Of a DNA stretch of 64,000 nt, positions 1 through 15,540 are shown one piece after another. Source of the DNA: Eledone cirrhosa (lineage: Eukaryota); contig CAXHJY010000184.1 in assembly GCA_964016885.1 (NCBI GenBank), positions 1 through 64,000 on the forward strand, read 5' to 3'. The notes beneath the pieces were generated by a model that was not told the DNA's origin, made no database searches, and was given only the letters and a program-made list of their open reading frames with translations. The stretch's first letter is position 1. The number at the start of each line of letters is the position of its first letter. The position numbers were made by a program, and so were the translations under genes.

Positions 1-3000
1 TATTCCCTGTCACTAACAGGACTATAGTCTTTCCCAATCACTACAAGACTATAGTCTTCTCCCAGTCACTACAGGACTATAGTCTTTCCCAGTCACTACA
101 GGACTATAGTCTTTCCCAGTCACTACAAGACTATAGTCTTTCCCAATCACTACAGGACTATAGTCTTTCCCAGTCACTACAGGACTATAGTCTTTCCCAG
201 TCACTACAGGACTATAGTCCTTTCCATTCACTACAGGCTACTAGTCTTTCCCAATCACTACAGGACTATAGTCTTTCCCAATCACTACAGACTATAGTCT
301 TTCCCAGTCACTACAGGACTATAGTCTTTCCCAGTCACTACAGGACTATAGTCTTTCCCAGTCACTACAAGACTATAGTCTTTCCCAGTCACTACAGGAC
401 TATAGTCTTTCCCAGTCCACTACAGGACTATAGTCTTTCCCAGTCACTACAGGACTATAGTCTTTCCCATTCACTACAGGACTATAGTCTTTCCCAATCA
501 ATACAGACTATAGTCTTTCCCAGTCACTACAGGACTATAGTCTTTCCCAGTCACTACAAGACTATAGTCTTTCCCAATCACTACAGGACTATAGTCTTTC
601 CCAGTCACTCACAGGACTATAGTCTTTCCAGTCACCACAGGACTATAGTCTTTCCCAATCACTACAGACTATAGTCTTTCCCAGTCACCTACAGGACTAT
701 AGTCTTTCCCAGTCACTACAGGGACTATAGTCTTTCCCAATCACTACAGGACTATAGTCTTTCCCAGTCACTACAGGACTATAGTCTTTCCCAATCACTA
801 CAGGACTATAGTCTTTCCCAGTCACTACAGGACTATAGTCTTTCCCAGTCACTACAGGACTATAGTCTTTCCTCAGTCACTACAGGACCTATAGTCTTTC
901 CCAGTCACCACAGGACTATAGTCTTTCCCAGTCACTACAGGACTATAGTCTTTCCCCAATCACTACAGGACTATAGTCCTTTCCCAGTCACTACAGGACT
1001 ATAGTCTTTCCCAGTCACTACAGGACTATAGTCTTTCGCAGTCACTACAGGACTATAGTCTTTCCCAGTCACTACAGGACTATAGTCTTTCCCAGTCACT
1101 ACAGGACTATAGTCTTTCCCAGTCACTACAGGACTATAGTCTTTCCCAGTCACTACAGGACTATAGTCTTTCCCAGTCACTACAGGACTATAGTCTTTCC
1201 CAGTCACACAGGACTATAGTCTTTCCCAGTCACTACAGGACTATAGTCTTTCCCAGTCACTACAGGACTATAGTCTTTCCCAATCACTACAGACTATAGT
1301 CTTTCCAGTCACTACAGGACTATAGTCTTTCCCAGTCACTACAGGACTATAGTCTTTCCCAGTCACTACAGGACATAGTCTTTCCCAGTCACTACAAGAC
1401 TATAGTCTTTCCCAATCACTACAAGACTATAGTCTTTCCCAGTCACTACAGGACTATAGTCTTCCCAATCACTACAAGACTATAGTCTTTCCCAGTCACT
1501 ACAGGACTATAGTCTTTCCCAGTCACTACAGGACTATAGTCTTTCCCAGTCACTACAAGGACTATAGTCTTTCCCAATCACTACAGGACTATAGTCTTTC
1601 CCAGTCACTACAGGACTATAGTCTTTCCCAGTCACTACAGGACTATAGTCTTTCCCATTCACTACAGGACTATAGTCTTTCCCAGTCACTACAGGACTAT
1701 AGTCTTTCCCAGTCACTACAGGACTATAGTCTTTCCCAGTCACTACAAGGACTATAGTCTTTCCCAGTCACTACAGGACTATAGTCTTTCCCAGTCACTA
1801 CAGGACTATAGTCTTTCCCAGTCACTACAGGACTATAGTCTTTCCCAGTCACTACAGGACTATAGTCTTTCCCAGTCACTACAGGACTATAGTCTTTCCC
1901 AAGTCACTACAGGACTATAGTCTTTCCCAGTCACTACAGGACTATAGTCCTTTCCCAGTCACTACAGGACTATAGTCTTTCCCAATCACTACAGGACTAT
2001 AGTCTTTCCCAATCACTACAGGACTATAGTCTTTCCCAGTCACTACAGGACTATAGTCTTTCCCAATCACTACAGGACTATAGTCTTTCCCAGTCACCAC
2101 AGGACTATAGTCTTTCCCAGTCACTACAGGACTATAGTCTTTCCCAATCACTACAGGACTATAGTCTTTCCCAGTCACCACAGGACTATAGTCTTTCCCA
2201 GTCACTACAGGACTATAGTCTTTCCCAATCACTACAGGACTATAGTCTTTCCCAGTCACTACAGGACTATAGTCTTTCCCAGTCACTACAGGACTATAGT
2301 CTTTCCCAGTCACTACAGGACTATAGTCTTTCCCAGTCACTACAGGACTATAGTCTTTCCCAGTCACTACAGGACTATAGTCTTTCCCAGTCACTACAGG
2401 ACTATAGTCTTTCCCAGTCACTACAGGACTATAAGTCTTTCCCAGTCACTACAGGACTATAGTCTTTCCCAGTCACTACAGACTATAGTCTTTCCCAGTC
2501 ACTACAGGACTATAGTCTTTCCCAGTCACTACAGGACTATAGTCTTTCCCAGTCACTACAGGACTATAGTCTTTCCCAGTCACTACAGGACTATAGTCTT
2601 TCCCAGTCACTACAGGACTATAGTCTTTCCCAGTCACTACAGGACTATAGTCTTTCCCAGTCACTACAGGACTATAGTCTTTCCAATCACTACAAGACTA
2701 TAGTCTTTCCCAAGTCACTCACAGGACTATAGTCTTTCCCAGTCACTACAGGACTATAGTCTTTCCCAATCACTACAGGACTATAGTCTTTCCCAGTCAC
2801 TACAGGACTATAGTCTTTCCCAGTCACTACAGGACTATAGTCTTTTCCCAGTCACTACAGGACTATAGTCTTTCCCAATCACTACAAGGACTATAGTCTT
2901 TCGCAGTCACTACAGGACTATAGTCTTTCCCAGTCACTACAGGACTATAGTCTTTCCCAATCACTACAGGACTATAGTCTTTCCCAGTCACTACAGGACT

Positions 3001-6000
3001 ATAGTCTTTCCCAGTCACTACAGACTATAGTCTTTCCCAGTCACTACAGGACTATAGTCTTTCCAGTCACTACAGGACTATAGTCTTTCCCAGTCACTAC
3101 AGGACTATAGTCTTTCCCAGTCACTACAGGACTATAGTCTTTCCCAGTCACTACAGGACTATAGTCTTTCCCAGTCACTACAGGACTATAGTCTTTCCCA
3201 GTCACTACAGGACTATAGTCTTTCCCAATCACTACAGGACTATAGTCTTTCCCAAGTCACTACAGGACTATAGTCTTTCCCAATCACTACAGGACTATAG
3301 TCTTTCCCAGTCACTACAGGACTATAGTCTTTCCCAATCACTACAGACTATAGTCTTTCCCAGTCACTACAGGACTATAGTCTTTCCCAGTCACTACAGG
3401 ACTATAGTCTTTCCCAGTCACTACAGGACTATAGTCTTTCCCAGTCACTACAGGACTATAGTCTTTCCCAATCACTACAGGACTATAGTCTTTCCCAGTC
3501 ACTACAGGACTATAGTCTTTCCCAGTCACTACAAGACTATAGTCTTTCCCAGTCACTACAGGACTATAGTCTTTCCCAGTCACTACAGGACTATAGTCTT
3601 TCCCAGTCACTACAGGACTATAGTCTTTCCCAGTCACTACAGACTATAGTCTTTCCCAGTCACTACAAGGACTATAGTCTTTCCCATCACTACAGGACTA
3701 TAGTCTTTCCCAGTCACTACAGGACTATAGTCTTTCCCAGTCACTACAGGACTATAGTCTTTCCCAGTCACTACAGGACTATAGTCTTTCCCAATCACTA
3801 CAGGACTATAGTCTTTCCCAGTCACTACAGGACTATAGTCTTTCCCAGTCACTACAAGACTATAGTCTTTCCCAATCACTACAAGACTATAGTCTTTCCC
3901 AGTCACTACAGGACTATAGTCTTTCCCAGTCACTACAGGACTATAGTCTTTCCCAGTCACTACAGGACTATAGTCTTTCCCAGTCACTACAAGACTATAG
4001 TCTTTCCCAGTCACTACAGGACTATAGTCTTTCCCAGTCACTACAGGACTATAGTCTTTCCCAGTCACTACAAGACTATAGTCTTTCCCAGTCACTACAG
4101 GACTATAGTCTTTCCCAGTCACTACAGGACTATAGTCTTTCCCAATCACTACAGGACTATAGTCTTTCCCAGTCACTACAGGACTATAGTCTTTCCCAGT
4201 CACTACAGGACTATAGTCTTTCCAGTCACTACAGGACTATAGTCTTTCCCAATCACTACAGGACTATAGTCTTTCCCAATCACTACAGGACTATAGTCTT
4301 TCCCAGTCACTACAGGACTATAGTCTTTCCCAGTCACTACAGGACTATAGTCTTTCCAATCACTACAGGACTATAGTCTTTCCCAGTCACCACAGGACTA
4401 TAGTCTTTCCCAGTCACTACAGGACTATAGTCTTTCCCAGTCACTACAGGACTATAGTCTTTCCCAGTCACTACAGGACTATAGTCTTTCCCAGTCACTA
4501 CAGGACTATAGTCTTTCCCAATCACTACAGGACTATAGTCTTTCCCAATCACTACAGGACTATAGTCTTTCCCAGTCACTACAGGACTATAGTCTTTCCC
4601 AATCACTACAAGACTATAGTCTTTCCCAGTCACTACAGGACTATAGTCTTTCCCAGTCACTACAGGACTATAGTCTTTCCCAGTCACTACAGGACTATAG
4701 TCTTTCCCAGTCACTACAAGACTATAGTCTTTCCCAATCACTACAAGACTATAGTCTTTCCCAGTCACTACAGGACTATAGTCTTTCCCAATCACTACAA
4801 GACTATAGTCTTCCAGTCACTACAGGACTATAGTCTTTCCCAGTCACTACAGGACTATAGTCTTTCCCAGTCACTACAGGACATAGTCTTTCCCAGTCAC
4901 TACAGGACTATAGTCTTTCCCAGTCACTACTAGACTATAGTCTTTTCCCAATCACTACAGGACTATAGTCTTTCCCAGTCACTACAGGACTATAGTCTTT
5001 CCCAGTCACTACAGGACTATAGTCTTTCTCCAGTCACTACAGGACTATAGTCTTTCCCAAGTCACTACAGGACTATAGTCTTTCCCAGTCACTACAGGAC
5101 TATAGTCTTTCCCAGTCACTACAAGACTATAGTCTTTCCCAATCACTACAAGACTATAGTCTTTCCCAGTCACTACAGGACTATAGTCTTTCCCAGTCAC
5201 TACAGGACTATAGTCTTTCCCAGTCACTACAGGACTATAGTCTTTCCCAGTCACTACAGACTATAGTCTTTCCCAATCACTACAAGACTATAGTCTTTCC
5301 CAGTCACTACAGGACTATAGTCTTTCCCAATCACTACAAGACTATAGTCTTTCCCAGTCACTACAGGACTATAGTCTTTCCCAGTCACTACAGGACTATA
5401 GTCTTTCCCAGTCACTACAAGACTATAGTCTTTCCCAATCACTACAGGACTATAGTCTTTCCCAGTCACTACAGGACTATAGTCTTTCCCAGTCACTACA
5501 GGACTATAGTCTTTCCCAATCACTACAGGACTATAGTCTTTCCCAGTCACTACAAGGACTATAGTCTTTCCCAGTCACTACAGGACTATAGTCTTTCCCA
5601 GTCACTACAGGACTATAGTCTTTCCCAATCACTACAGGACTATAGTCTTTCCCAGTCACTACAGGACTATAGTCTTTCCCAATCACTACAGGACTATAGT
5701 CTTTCCCAGTCACTACAGGACTATAGTCTTTCCCAGTCACTACAGGACTATAGTCTTTCCCAATCACTACAAGACTATAGTCTTTCCCAGTCACTACAGG
5801 ACTATAGTCTTTCCCAGTCACTACAGGACTATAGTCTTTCCCAGTCACTACAGGACTATAGTCTTTCCCAGTCACTACAGGACTATAGTCTTTCCCAGTC
5901 ACTACAGGACTATAGTCTTTCCAGTCACTACAGGACTATAGTCTTTCCCAGTCACTACAGGACTATAGTCTTTCCCAGTCACTACAGGACTATAGTCTTT

Positions 6001-8060
6001 CCCAGTCACTACAGGACTATAGTCTTTCCCAATCACTACAGGACTATAGTCTTTCCCAGTCACTACAGGACTATAGTCTTTCCAGTCACCTACAGGACTA
6101 TAGTCTTTCCCAGTCACTACAAGACTATAGTCTTTCCCAATCACTACAGGACTATAGTCTTTCCCAGTCACTACAGGACTATAGTCTTTCCCAGTCACTA
6201 CAGGACTATAGTCTTTCCCAGTCACTACAGGACTATAGTCTTTCCCAGTCACTACAGGACTATAGTCTTTCCCAATCACTACAAGACTATAGTCTTTCCC
6301 AGTCACTACAGGACTATAGTCTTTCCCAATCACTACAAGACTATAGTCTTTCCCAGTCACTACAGGACTATAGTCTTTCCCAATCACTACAGGACTATAG
6401 TCTTTCCCAGTCACTACAGGACTATAGTCTTTCCCAGTCACTACAGGACTATAGTCTTTCCCAGTCACTACAGGACTATAGTCTTTCCCAGTCACTACAA
6501 GACTATAGTCTTTCCCAATCACTACAGGACTATAGTCTTTCCCAGTCACTACAGGACTATAGTCTTTCCCAGTCACTACAGGACTATAGTCTTTCCCAAT
6601 CACTACAGGACTATAGTCTTTCCCAATCACTACAGGACTATAGTCTTTCCCAGTCACTACAGGACTATAGTCTTTCCCAGTCACTACAAGACTATAGTCT
6701 TTCCCATCACTACAAGACTATAGTCTTTCCCAGTCACTACAGGACTATAGTCTTTCCCAGTCACTACAGGACTATAGTCTTTCCCAGTCACTACAGGACA
6801 TAGTCTTTTCCCAGTCACTACAAGACTATAGTCTTTTCCCAGTCACTACAAGGACTATAGTCTTTCCCAGTCACTACAGGACTATAGTCTTTCCCAATCA
6901 CTACAAGACTATAGTCTTTCCCAGTCACTACAGGACTATAGTCTTTTCCCAGTCACTACAGGACTATAGTCTTTCCCAGTCACTACAAGACTATAGTCTT
7001 TCCCAATCACTACAGGACTATAGTCTTTCCCAGTCACTACAGGACTATAGTCTTTCCCAGTCACTACAGGACTATAGTCTTTCCCAGTCACTACAGGACT
7101 ATAGTCTTTCCCAATCACTACAGGACTATAGTCCTTTCCCAGTCACTACAGGACTATAGTCTTTCCCAGTCACTACAAGGACTATAGTCTTTCCCAGTCA
7201 CTACAGGACTATAGTCTTTCCCAGTCACTACAGGACTATAGTCTTTCCCAGTCACTACAGGACTATAGTCTTTCCCAGTCACTACAGGACTATAGTCTTT
7301 CCCCAGTCACTACAGGACTATAGTCTTTCCCAGTCACTACAGGACTATAGTCTTTCCCAATCACTACAGGACTATAGTCTTTCCCAGTCACTACAGGACT
7401 ATAGTCTTTCCCAATCACTACAGGACTATAGTCTTTCCCAATCACTACAGGACTATAGTCTTTCCCAGTCACCACAGGACTATAGTCTTTCCCAGTCACC
7501 ACAGGACTATAGTCTTTCCCAATCACTACAAGACTATAGTCTTTCCCAGTCACCACAGGACTATAGTCTTTCCCAGTCACTACAGGACTATAGTCTTTCC
7601 CAATCACTACAGGACTATAGTCTTTCCCAGTCACCACAGGACTATAGTCTTTCCCAGTCACTACAGGACTATAGTCTTTCCCAGTCACTACAGGACTATA
7701 GTCTTTCCCAGTCACTACAGGACTATAGTCATTCTCAGTCACTACAGGACTATAGTCTTTCCCAGTCACCACAGGACTATAGTCTTTCCCAGTCACTACA
7801 GGACTATAGTCTTTCCCAATCACTACAGGACTATAGTCTTTCCCAGTCACTACAGGACTATAGACTTTCCCAGTCACTACAGGACTATAGTCTTTCCCAG
7901 TCACTACAGGACTATAGTCTTTCCCAGTCACTACAGGACTATAGTCTTTCCCAGTCACTACAGGACTATAGTCTTTCCCAGTCACTACAGGACTATAGTC
8001 TTTCCCAGTCACTACAGGACTATAGTCTTTCCCAGTCACTACAAGACTATAGTTCTTTCC
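1..8060. other. Indel-rich zone of the array, probably low-accuracy consensus near a read or contig end
   Basis: Dozens of scattered 1-2 bp indels (tttcca, ttttccc, cagact, caagga, cacctac). The ORF track is broken into 60-260 aa pieces here, versus ORFs of up to 3,692 aa downstream. Confidence 0.7.
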
Positions 8061-10000
8061 CAATCACTACAAGACTATAGTCTTTTCGAGTCACTACAGG
8101 ACTATAGTCTTTCCCAGTCACTACAGGACTATAGTCTTTCCCAGTCACTACAGGACTATAGTCTTTCCCAGTCTCTACAGGACTATAGTCTTTCCCAATC
8201 ACTACAAGACTATGGTCTTTCCCAGTCACTACAGGACTATAGTCTTTCCCAGTCACCACAGGACCATAGTCTTTCCCAGTCACTACAGGACTATAGTCTT
8301 TCCCAGTCACTACAGGACTATAGTCTTTCCCAATCACTACAGGACTATAGTCTTTCCCAGTCACTACAGGACTATAGTCTTTCCCAGTCACTACAGGACT
8401 ATAGTCTTTCCCAGTCACTACAGGACCATAGTTTTTCCCAGTCACTACAAGACTATAGTCTTTCCCAATCACTACAAGACTATAGTCTTTCCCAGTCACT
8501 ACAGGACTATAGTCTTTCCCAATCACTACAAGACTATAGTCTTTCCCAGTGACTACAGGACTATAGTCTTTCCCAGTCACTACAGGACTATAGTCTTTCC
8601 CAGTCACTACAAGACTATAGTCTTTCCCAATCACTACAGGACTATAGTCTTTCCCAGTCACTACAGGACTATAGTCTTTCCCAGTCACTACAGGACTATA
8701 GTCTTTCCCATTCACTACAGGACTATAGTCTTTCCCAATCATTACAGGACTATAGTCTTTCCCAGTCACTACAGGACTATAGTCTTTCCCAGTCAATACA
8801 AGACTATAGTCTTTCCCAGTCACTACAGGACTATAGTCTTTCCCAGTCACTACAGGACTATAGTCTTTCCCAGTCACTACAGGACTATAGTTTTTCCCAG
8901 TCACTACAGGACTATAGTCTTTCCCAGTCACTACAGGACTATAGTCTTTCCCAATCACTACAGGACTATAGTCTTTCCCAGTCACTACAGGACTATAGCC
9001 TTTCCCAGTCACTACAGGACTATAGTCTTTCCCAATCACTACAGGACTATAGTCTTTCCCAATCACTACAGGACTATAGTCTTTCCCAATCACTACAGGA
9101 CTATAGTCTTTCCCAATCACTACAGGACTATAGTCTTTCCCAGTCACCACAGGACTATAGTCTTTCCCAGTCACCACAGGACTATAGTCTTTCCCAATCA
9201 CTACAAGACTATAGTCTTTCCCAGTCACCACAGGACTATAGTCTTTCCCAGTCACTACAGGACTATAGTCTTTCCCAATCACTACAGGACTATAGTCTTT
9301 CCCAGTCACCACAGGACTATAGTCTTTCCCAGTCACTACAGGACTATAGTCTTTCCCAGTCACTACAGGACTATAGTCTTTCCCAGTCACTACAGGACTA
9401 TAGTCTTTCCCAGTCACTACAGGACTATAGTCTTTCCCAGTCACCACAGGACTATAGTCTTTCCCAGTCACTACAGGACTATAGTCTTTCCCAATCACTA
9501 CAGGACTATAGTCTTTCCCAGTCACTACAGGACTATAGACTTTCCCAGTCACTACAGGACTATAGTCTTTCCCAGTCACTACAGGACTATAGTCTTTCCC
9601 AGTCACTACAGGACTATAGTCTTTCCCAGTCACTACAGGACTATAGTCTTTCCCAGTCACTACAGGACTATAGTCTTTCCCAGTCACTACAGGACTATAG
9701 TCTTTCCCAGTCACTACAAGACTATAGTCTTTCCAAATCACTACAAGACTATAGTCTTTTCGAGTCACTACAGGACTATAGTCTTTCCCAGTCACTACAG
9801 GACTATAGTCTTTCCCAGTCACTACAGGACTATAGTCTTTCCCAGTCTCTACAGGACTATAGTCTTTCCCAATCACTACAAGACTATGGTCTTTCCCAGT
9901 CACTACAGGACTATAGTCTTTCCCAGTCACCACAGGACCATAGTCTTTCCCAGTCACTACAGGACTATAGTCTTTCCCAGTCACTACAGGACTATAGTCT
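7330..10000. repeat. Higher-order duplication, offset 1674-1675 bp (62 monomers); boundaries approximate
   Basis: Markers recur in the same order: accac at 7471/9146, tagactt at 7861/9536, TCGA at 8086/9760, followed by the tctctac, tatggtc and ggaccat variants. Confidence 0.85.
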
Positions 10001-10049
10001 TTCCCAATCACTACAGGACTATAGTCTTTCCCAGTCACTACAGGACTAT

Positions 10050-13000
10050 AGTCTTTCCCAGTCACTACAGGACTATAGTCTTTCCCAATCACTACAGGAC
10101 TATAGTCTTTCCCAGTCACTACAGGACTATAGTCTTTCCCAATCAGTACAAGACTATAGTCTTTCCCAGTCACTACAAGTCTATAGTCTTTCCCAGTCAC
10201 TACAGGACTATAGTCTTTCCCAATCAGTACAAGACTATAGTCTTTCCCAATCACTACAGGACTATAGTCTTTCCCAGTCACTACAGGACTATAGTCTTTC
10301 CCAATCACTACAGGACTATAGTCTTTCCCAGTCACTACAGGACTACATTCTTTCCCAGTCACTACAGGACTATAGTCTTTCCCAGTCACTACAGGACTAC
10401 ATTCTTTCCCAGTCACTACAGGACTATAGTCTTTCCCAGTCACTACAGGACTATAGTCTTTCCCAGTCACTACAGGACTATAGTCTTTCCCAATCACTAC
10501 AGGACTATAGTCTTTCCCAGTCACCACAGGACTATAGTCTTTCCCTGTCACTAGAGGACTATAGTCTTTCCCAGTCACTACAGGACTATAGTCTTTCCCA
10601 GTCACTACAGGACTATAGTCTTTCCCAACCACTACAGGACTATAGTCTTTCCCAGTCACTACAGGACTATAGTCTTTCCCAATCACTACAGGACTATAGT
10701 CTTTCCCAGTCACCACAGGACTATAGTCTTTCCCTGTCACTAGAGGACTATAGTCTTTCCCAGTCACTACAGGACTATAGTCTTTCCCAGTCACTACATG
10801 ACTATAGTCTTTCCCAGTCACTACAGGACTATAGTCTTTCACAGTCACTACAAGACTATAGTCTTTCCCAATCACTACAGGACTATAGTCTTTCCCAGTC
10901 ACTACAGGACTATAGTCTTTCCCAGTCACTACAGGACTATAGTCTTTCCCAATCACTACAGGACTATAGTCTTTCCCAATCACTACAGGACTATAGTCTT
11001 TCCCAGTCACTACAGGACTATAGTCTTTCCCAATCACTACAAGACTATAGTCTTTCCCAGTCACTACAGGACTATAGTCTTTCCCAGTCACTACAGGACT
11101 ATAGTCTTTCCCAGTCACTACAAGACTATAGTCTTTCCCAATCACTACAAGACTATAGTCTTTCCCAGTCACTACAGGACTATAGTCATTCCCAATCACT
11201 ACAAGACTATAGTCTTTCCCAGTCACTACAGGACTATAGTCTTTCCCAGTCACTACAGGACTATAGTCTTTCCCAATCACTACAGGACTATAGTCTTTCC
11301 CAATCACTACAGGACTATAGTCTTTCCCAATCACAAGACTATAGTCTTTCCCAGTCACTACAGGACTATAGTCTTTCCCAATCACTACAGGACTATAGTC
11401 TTTCCCAATCACTACAGGACTATAGTCTTTCCCAGTCACTACAGGACTATAGTCTTTCCCAGTCACTACAGGACTATAGTCTTTCCCAGTCACTACAGGA
11501 CTATAGTTTTTCCCAGTCACTACAGGACTATAGTCTTTCCCAGTCACTACAGGACTATAGTCTTTCCCAGTCACTACAGGACTATAGGCTTTCCCAATCA
11601 CTACAGGACTATAGTCTTTCCCAGTCACTACAGGACTATAGTCTTTCCCAGTCACTACAGGACTATAGTCTTTCCCAATCACTACAGGACTATAGTCTTT
11701 CCCAGTCACTACAGGACTACATTCTTTCCCAGTCACTACAGGACTATAGTCTTTCCCAGTCACTACAGGACTACATTCTTTCCCAGTCACTACAGGACTA
11801 TAGTCTTTCCCAGTCACTACAGGACTATAGTCTTTCCCAGTCACTACAGGACTATAGTCTTTCCCAATCACTACAGGACTATAGTCTTTCCCAGTCACCA
11901 CAGGACTATAGTCTTTCCCTGTCACTAGAGGACTATAGTCTTTCCCAGTCACTACAGGACTATAGTCTTTCCCAGTCACTACAGGACTATAGTCTTTCCC
12001 AGTCACTACAGGACTATAGTCTTTCACAGTCACTACAAGACTATAGTCTTTCCCAATCACTACAGGACTATAGTCTTTCCCAGTCACTACAGGACTATAG
12101 TCTTTCCCAGTCACTACAGGACTATAGTCTTTCCCAATCACTACAGGACTATAGTCTTTCCCAATCACTACAGGACTATAGTCTTTCCCAGTCACTACAG
12201 GACTATAGTCTTTCCCAGTCACTACAAGACTATAGTCTTTCCCAATCACTACAAGACTATAGTCTTTCCCAGTCACTACAGGACTATAGTCTTTCCCAGT
12301 CACTACAGGACTATAGTCTTTCCCAGTCACTACAAGACTATAGTCTTTCCCAATCACTACAAGACTATAGTCTTTCCCAGTCACTACAGGACTATAGTCA
12401 TTCCCAATCACTACAAGACTATAGTCTTTCCCAGTCACTACAGGACTATAGTCTTTCCCAGTCACTACAGGACTATAGTCTTTCCCAATCACTACAGGAC
12501 TATAGTCTTTCCCAATCACTACAGGACTATAGTCTTTCCCAATCACAAGACTATAGTCTTTCCCAGTCACTACAGGACTATAGTCTTTCCCAATCACTAC
12601 AGGACTATAGTCTTTCCCAATCACTACAGGACTATAGTCTTTCCCAGTCACTACAGGACTATAGTCTTTCCCAGTCACTACAGGACTATAGTCTTTCCCA
12701 GTCACTACAGGACTATAGTTTTTCCCAGTCACTACAGGACTATAGTCTTTCCCAGTCACTACAGGACTATAGTCTTTCCCAATCACTACAGGACTATAGT
12801 CTTTCCCAATCACTACAGGACTATAGTCTTTCCCAGTCACTACAGGACTATAGTCTTTCCCAGTCACTACAGGACTATAGTCTTTCCCAATCACTACAGG
12901 ACTATAGTCTTTCCCAGTCACTACAGGACTATAGTCTTTCCCAATCAGTACAAGACTATAGTCTTTCCCAGTCACTACAAGTCTATAGTCTTTCCCAGTC

Positions 13001-15540
13001 ACTACAGGACTATAGTCTTTCCCAATCAGTACAAGACTATAGTCTTTCCCAATCACTACAGGACTATAGTCTTTCCCAGTCACTACAGGACTATAGTCTT
13101 TCCCAATCACTACAGGACTATAGTCTTTCCCAGTCACTACAGGACTACATTCTTTCCCAGTCACTACAGGACTATAGTCTTTCCCAGTCACTACAGGACT
13201 ACATTCTTTCCCAGTCACTACAGGACTATAGTCTTTCCCAGTCACTACAGGACTATAGTCTTTCCCAGTCACTACAGGACTATAGTCTTTCCCAATCACT
13301 ACAGGACTATAGTCTTTCCCAGTCACCACAGGACTATAGTCTTTCCCTGTCACTAGAGGACTATAGTCTTTCCCAGTCACTACAGGACTATAGTCTTTCC
13401 CAGTCACTACAGGACTATAGTCTTTCCCAACCACTACAGGACTATAGTCTTTCCCAGTCACTACAGGACTATAGTCTTTCCCAATCACTACAGGACTATA
13501 GTCTTTCCCAGTCACCACAGGACTATAGTCTTTCCCTGTCACTAGAGGACTATAGTCTTTCCCAGTCACTACAGGACTATAGTCTTTCCCAGTCACTACA
13601 TGACTATAGTCTTTCCCAGTCACTACAGGACTATAGTCTTTCACAGTCACTACAAGACTATAGTCTTTCCCAATCACTACAGGACTATAGTCTTTCCCAG
13701 TCACTACAGGACTATAGTCTTTCCCAGTCACTACAGGACTATAGTCTTTCCCAATCACTACAGGACTATAGTCTTTCCCAATCACTACAGGACTATAGTC
13801 TTTCCCAGTCACTACAGGACTATAGTCTTTCCCAATCACTACAAGACTATAGTCTTTCCCAGTCACTACAGGACTATAGTCTTTCCCAGTCACTACAGGA
13901 CTATAGTCTTTCCCAGTCACTACAAGACTATAGTCTTTCCCAATCACTACAAGACTATAGTCTTTCCCAGTCACTACAGGACTATAGTCATTCCCAATCA
14001 CTACAAGACTATAGTCTTTCCCAGTCACTACAGGACTATAGTCTTTCCCAGTCACTACAGGACTATAGTCTTTCCCAATCACTACAGGACTATAGTCTTT
14101 CCCAATCACTACAGGACTATAGTCTTTCCCAATCACAAGACTATAGTCTTTCCCAGTCACTACAGGACTATAGTCTTTCCCAATCACTACAGGACTATAG
14201 TCTTTCCCAATCACTACAGGACTATAGTCTTTCCCAGTCACTACAGGACTATAGTCTTTCCCAGTCACTACAGGACTATAGTCTTTCCCAGTCACTACAG
14301 GACTATAGTTTTTCCCAGTCACTACAGGACTATAGCCTTTCCCAGTCACTACAGGACTATAGTCTTTCCCAGTCACTACAGGACTATAGGCTTTCCCAAT
14401 CACTACAGGACTATAGTCTTTCCCAGTCACTACAGGACTATAGTCTTTCCCAGTCACTACAGGACTATAGTCTTTCCCAATCACTACAGGACTATAGTCT
14501 TTCCCAGTCACTACAGGACTACATTCTTTCCCAGTCACTACAGGACTATAGTCTTTCCCAGTCACTACAGGACTACATTCTTTCCCAGTCACTACAGGAC
14601 TATAGTCTTTCCCAGTCACTACAGGACTATAGTCTTTCCCAGTCACTACAGGACTATAGTCTTTCCCAATCACTACAGGACTATAGTCTTTCCCAGTCAC
14701 CACAGGACTATAGTCTTTCCCTGTCACTAGAGGACTATAGTCTTTCCCAGTCACTACAGGACTATAGTCTTTCCCAGTCACTACAGGACTATAGTCTTTC
14801 CCAGTCACTACAGGACTATAGTCTTTCACAGTCACTACAAGACTATAGTCTTTCCCAATCACTACAGGACTATAGTCTTTCCCAGTCACTACAGGACTAT
14901 AGTCTTTCCCAGTCACTACAGGACTATAGTCTTTCCCAATCACTACAGGACTATAGTCTTTCCCAATCACTACAGGACTATAGTCTTTCCCAGTCACTAC
15001 AGGACTATAGTCTTTCCCAGTCACTACAAGACTATAGTCTTTCCCAATCACTACAAGACTATAGTCTTTCCCAGTCACTACAGGACTATAGTCTTTCCCA
15101 GTCACTACAGGACTATAGTCTTTCCCAGTCACTACAAGACTATAGTCTTTCCCAATCACTACAAGACTATAGTCTTTCCCAGTCACTACAGGACTATAGT
15201 CATTCCCAATCACTACAAGACTATAGTCTTTCCCAGTCACTACAGGACTATAGTCTTTCCCAGTCACTACAGGACTATAGTCTTTCCCAATCACTACAGG
15301 ACTATAGTCTTTCCCAATCACTACAGGACTATAGTCTTTCCCAATCACAAGACTATAGTCTTTCCCAGTCACTACAGGACTATAGTCTTTCCCAATCACT
15401 ACAGGACTATAGTCTTTCCCAATCACTACAGGACTATAGTCTTTCCCAGGCACTACAGGACTATAGTCTTTCCCAGTCACTACAGGACTATAGTCTTTCC
15501 CAGTCACTACAGGACTATAGTTTTTCCCAGTCACTACAGG
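10050..15540. repeat. Tandem higher-order repeat, period 2802 bp, made of related 1212- and 1590-bp subunits; boundaries approximate
   Basis: Near-identical ORFs at 10798 and 13600 (offset 2802). 24-bp deletion monomers at 11331, 12543, 14133 and 15345 give spacings 1212, 1590, 1212. Confidence 0.92.
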
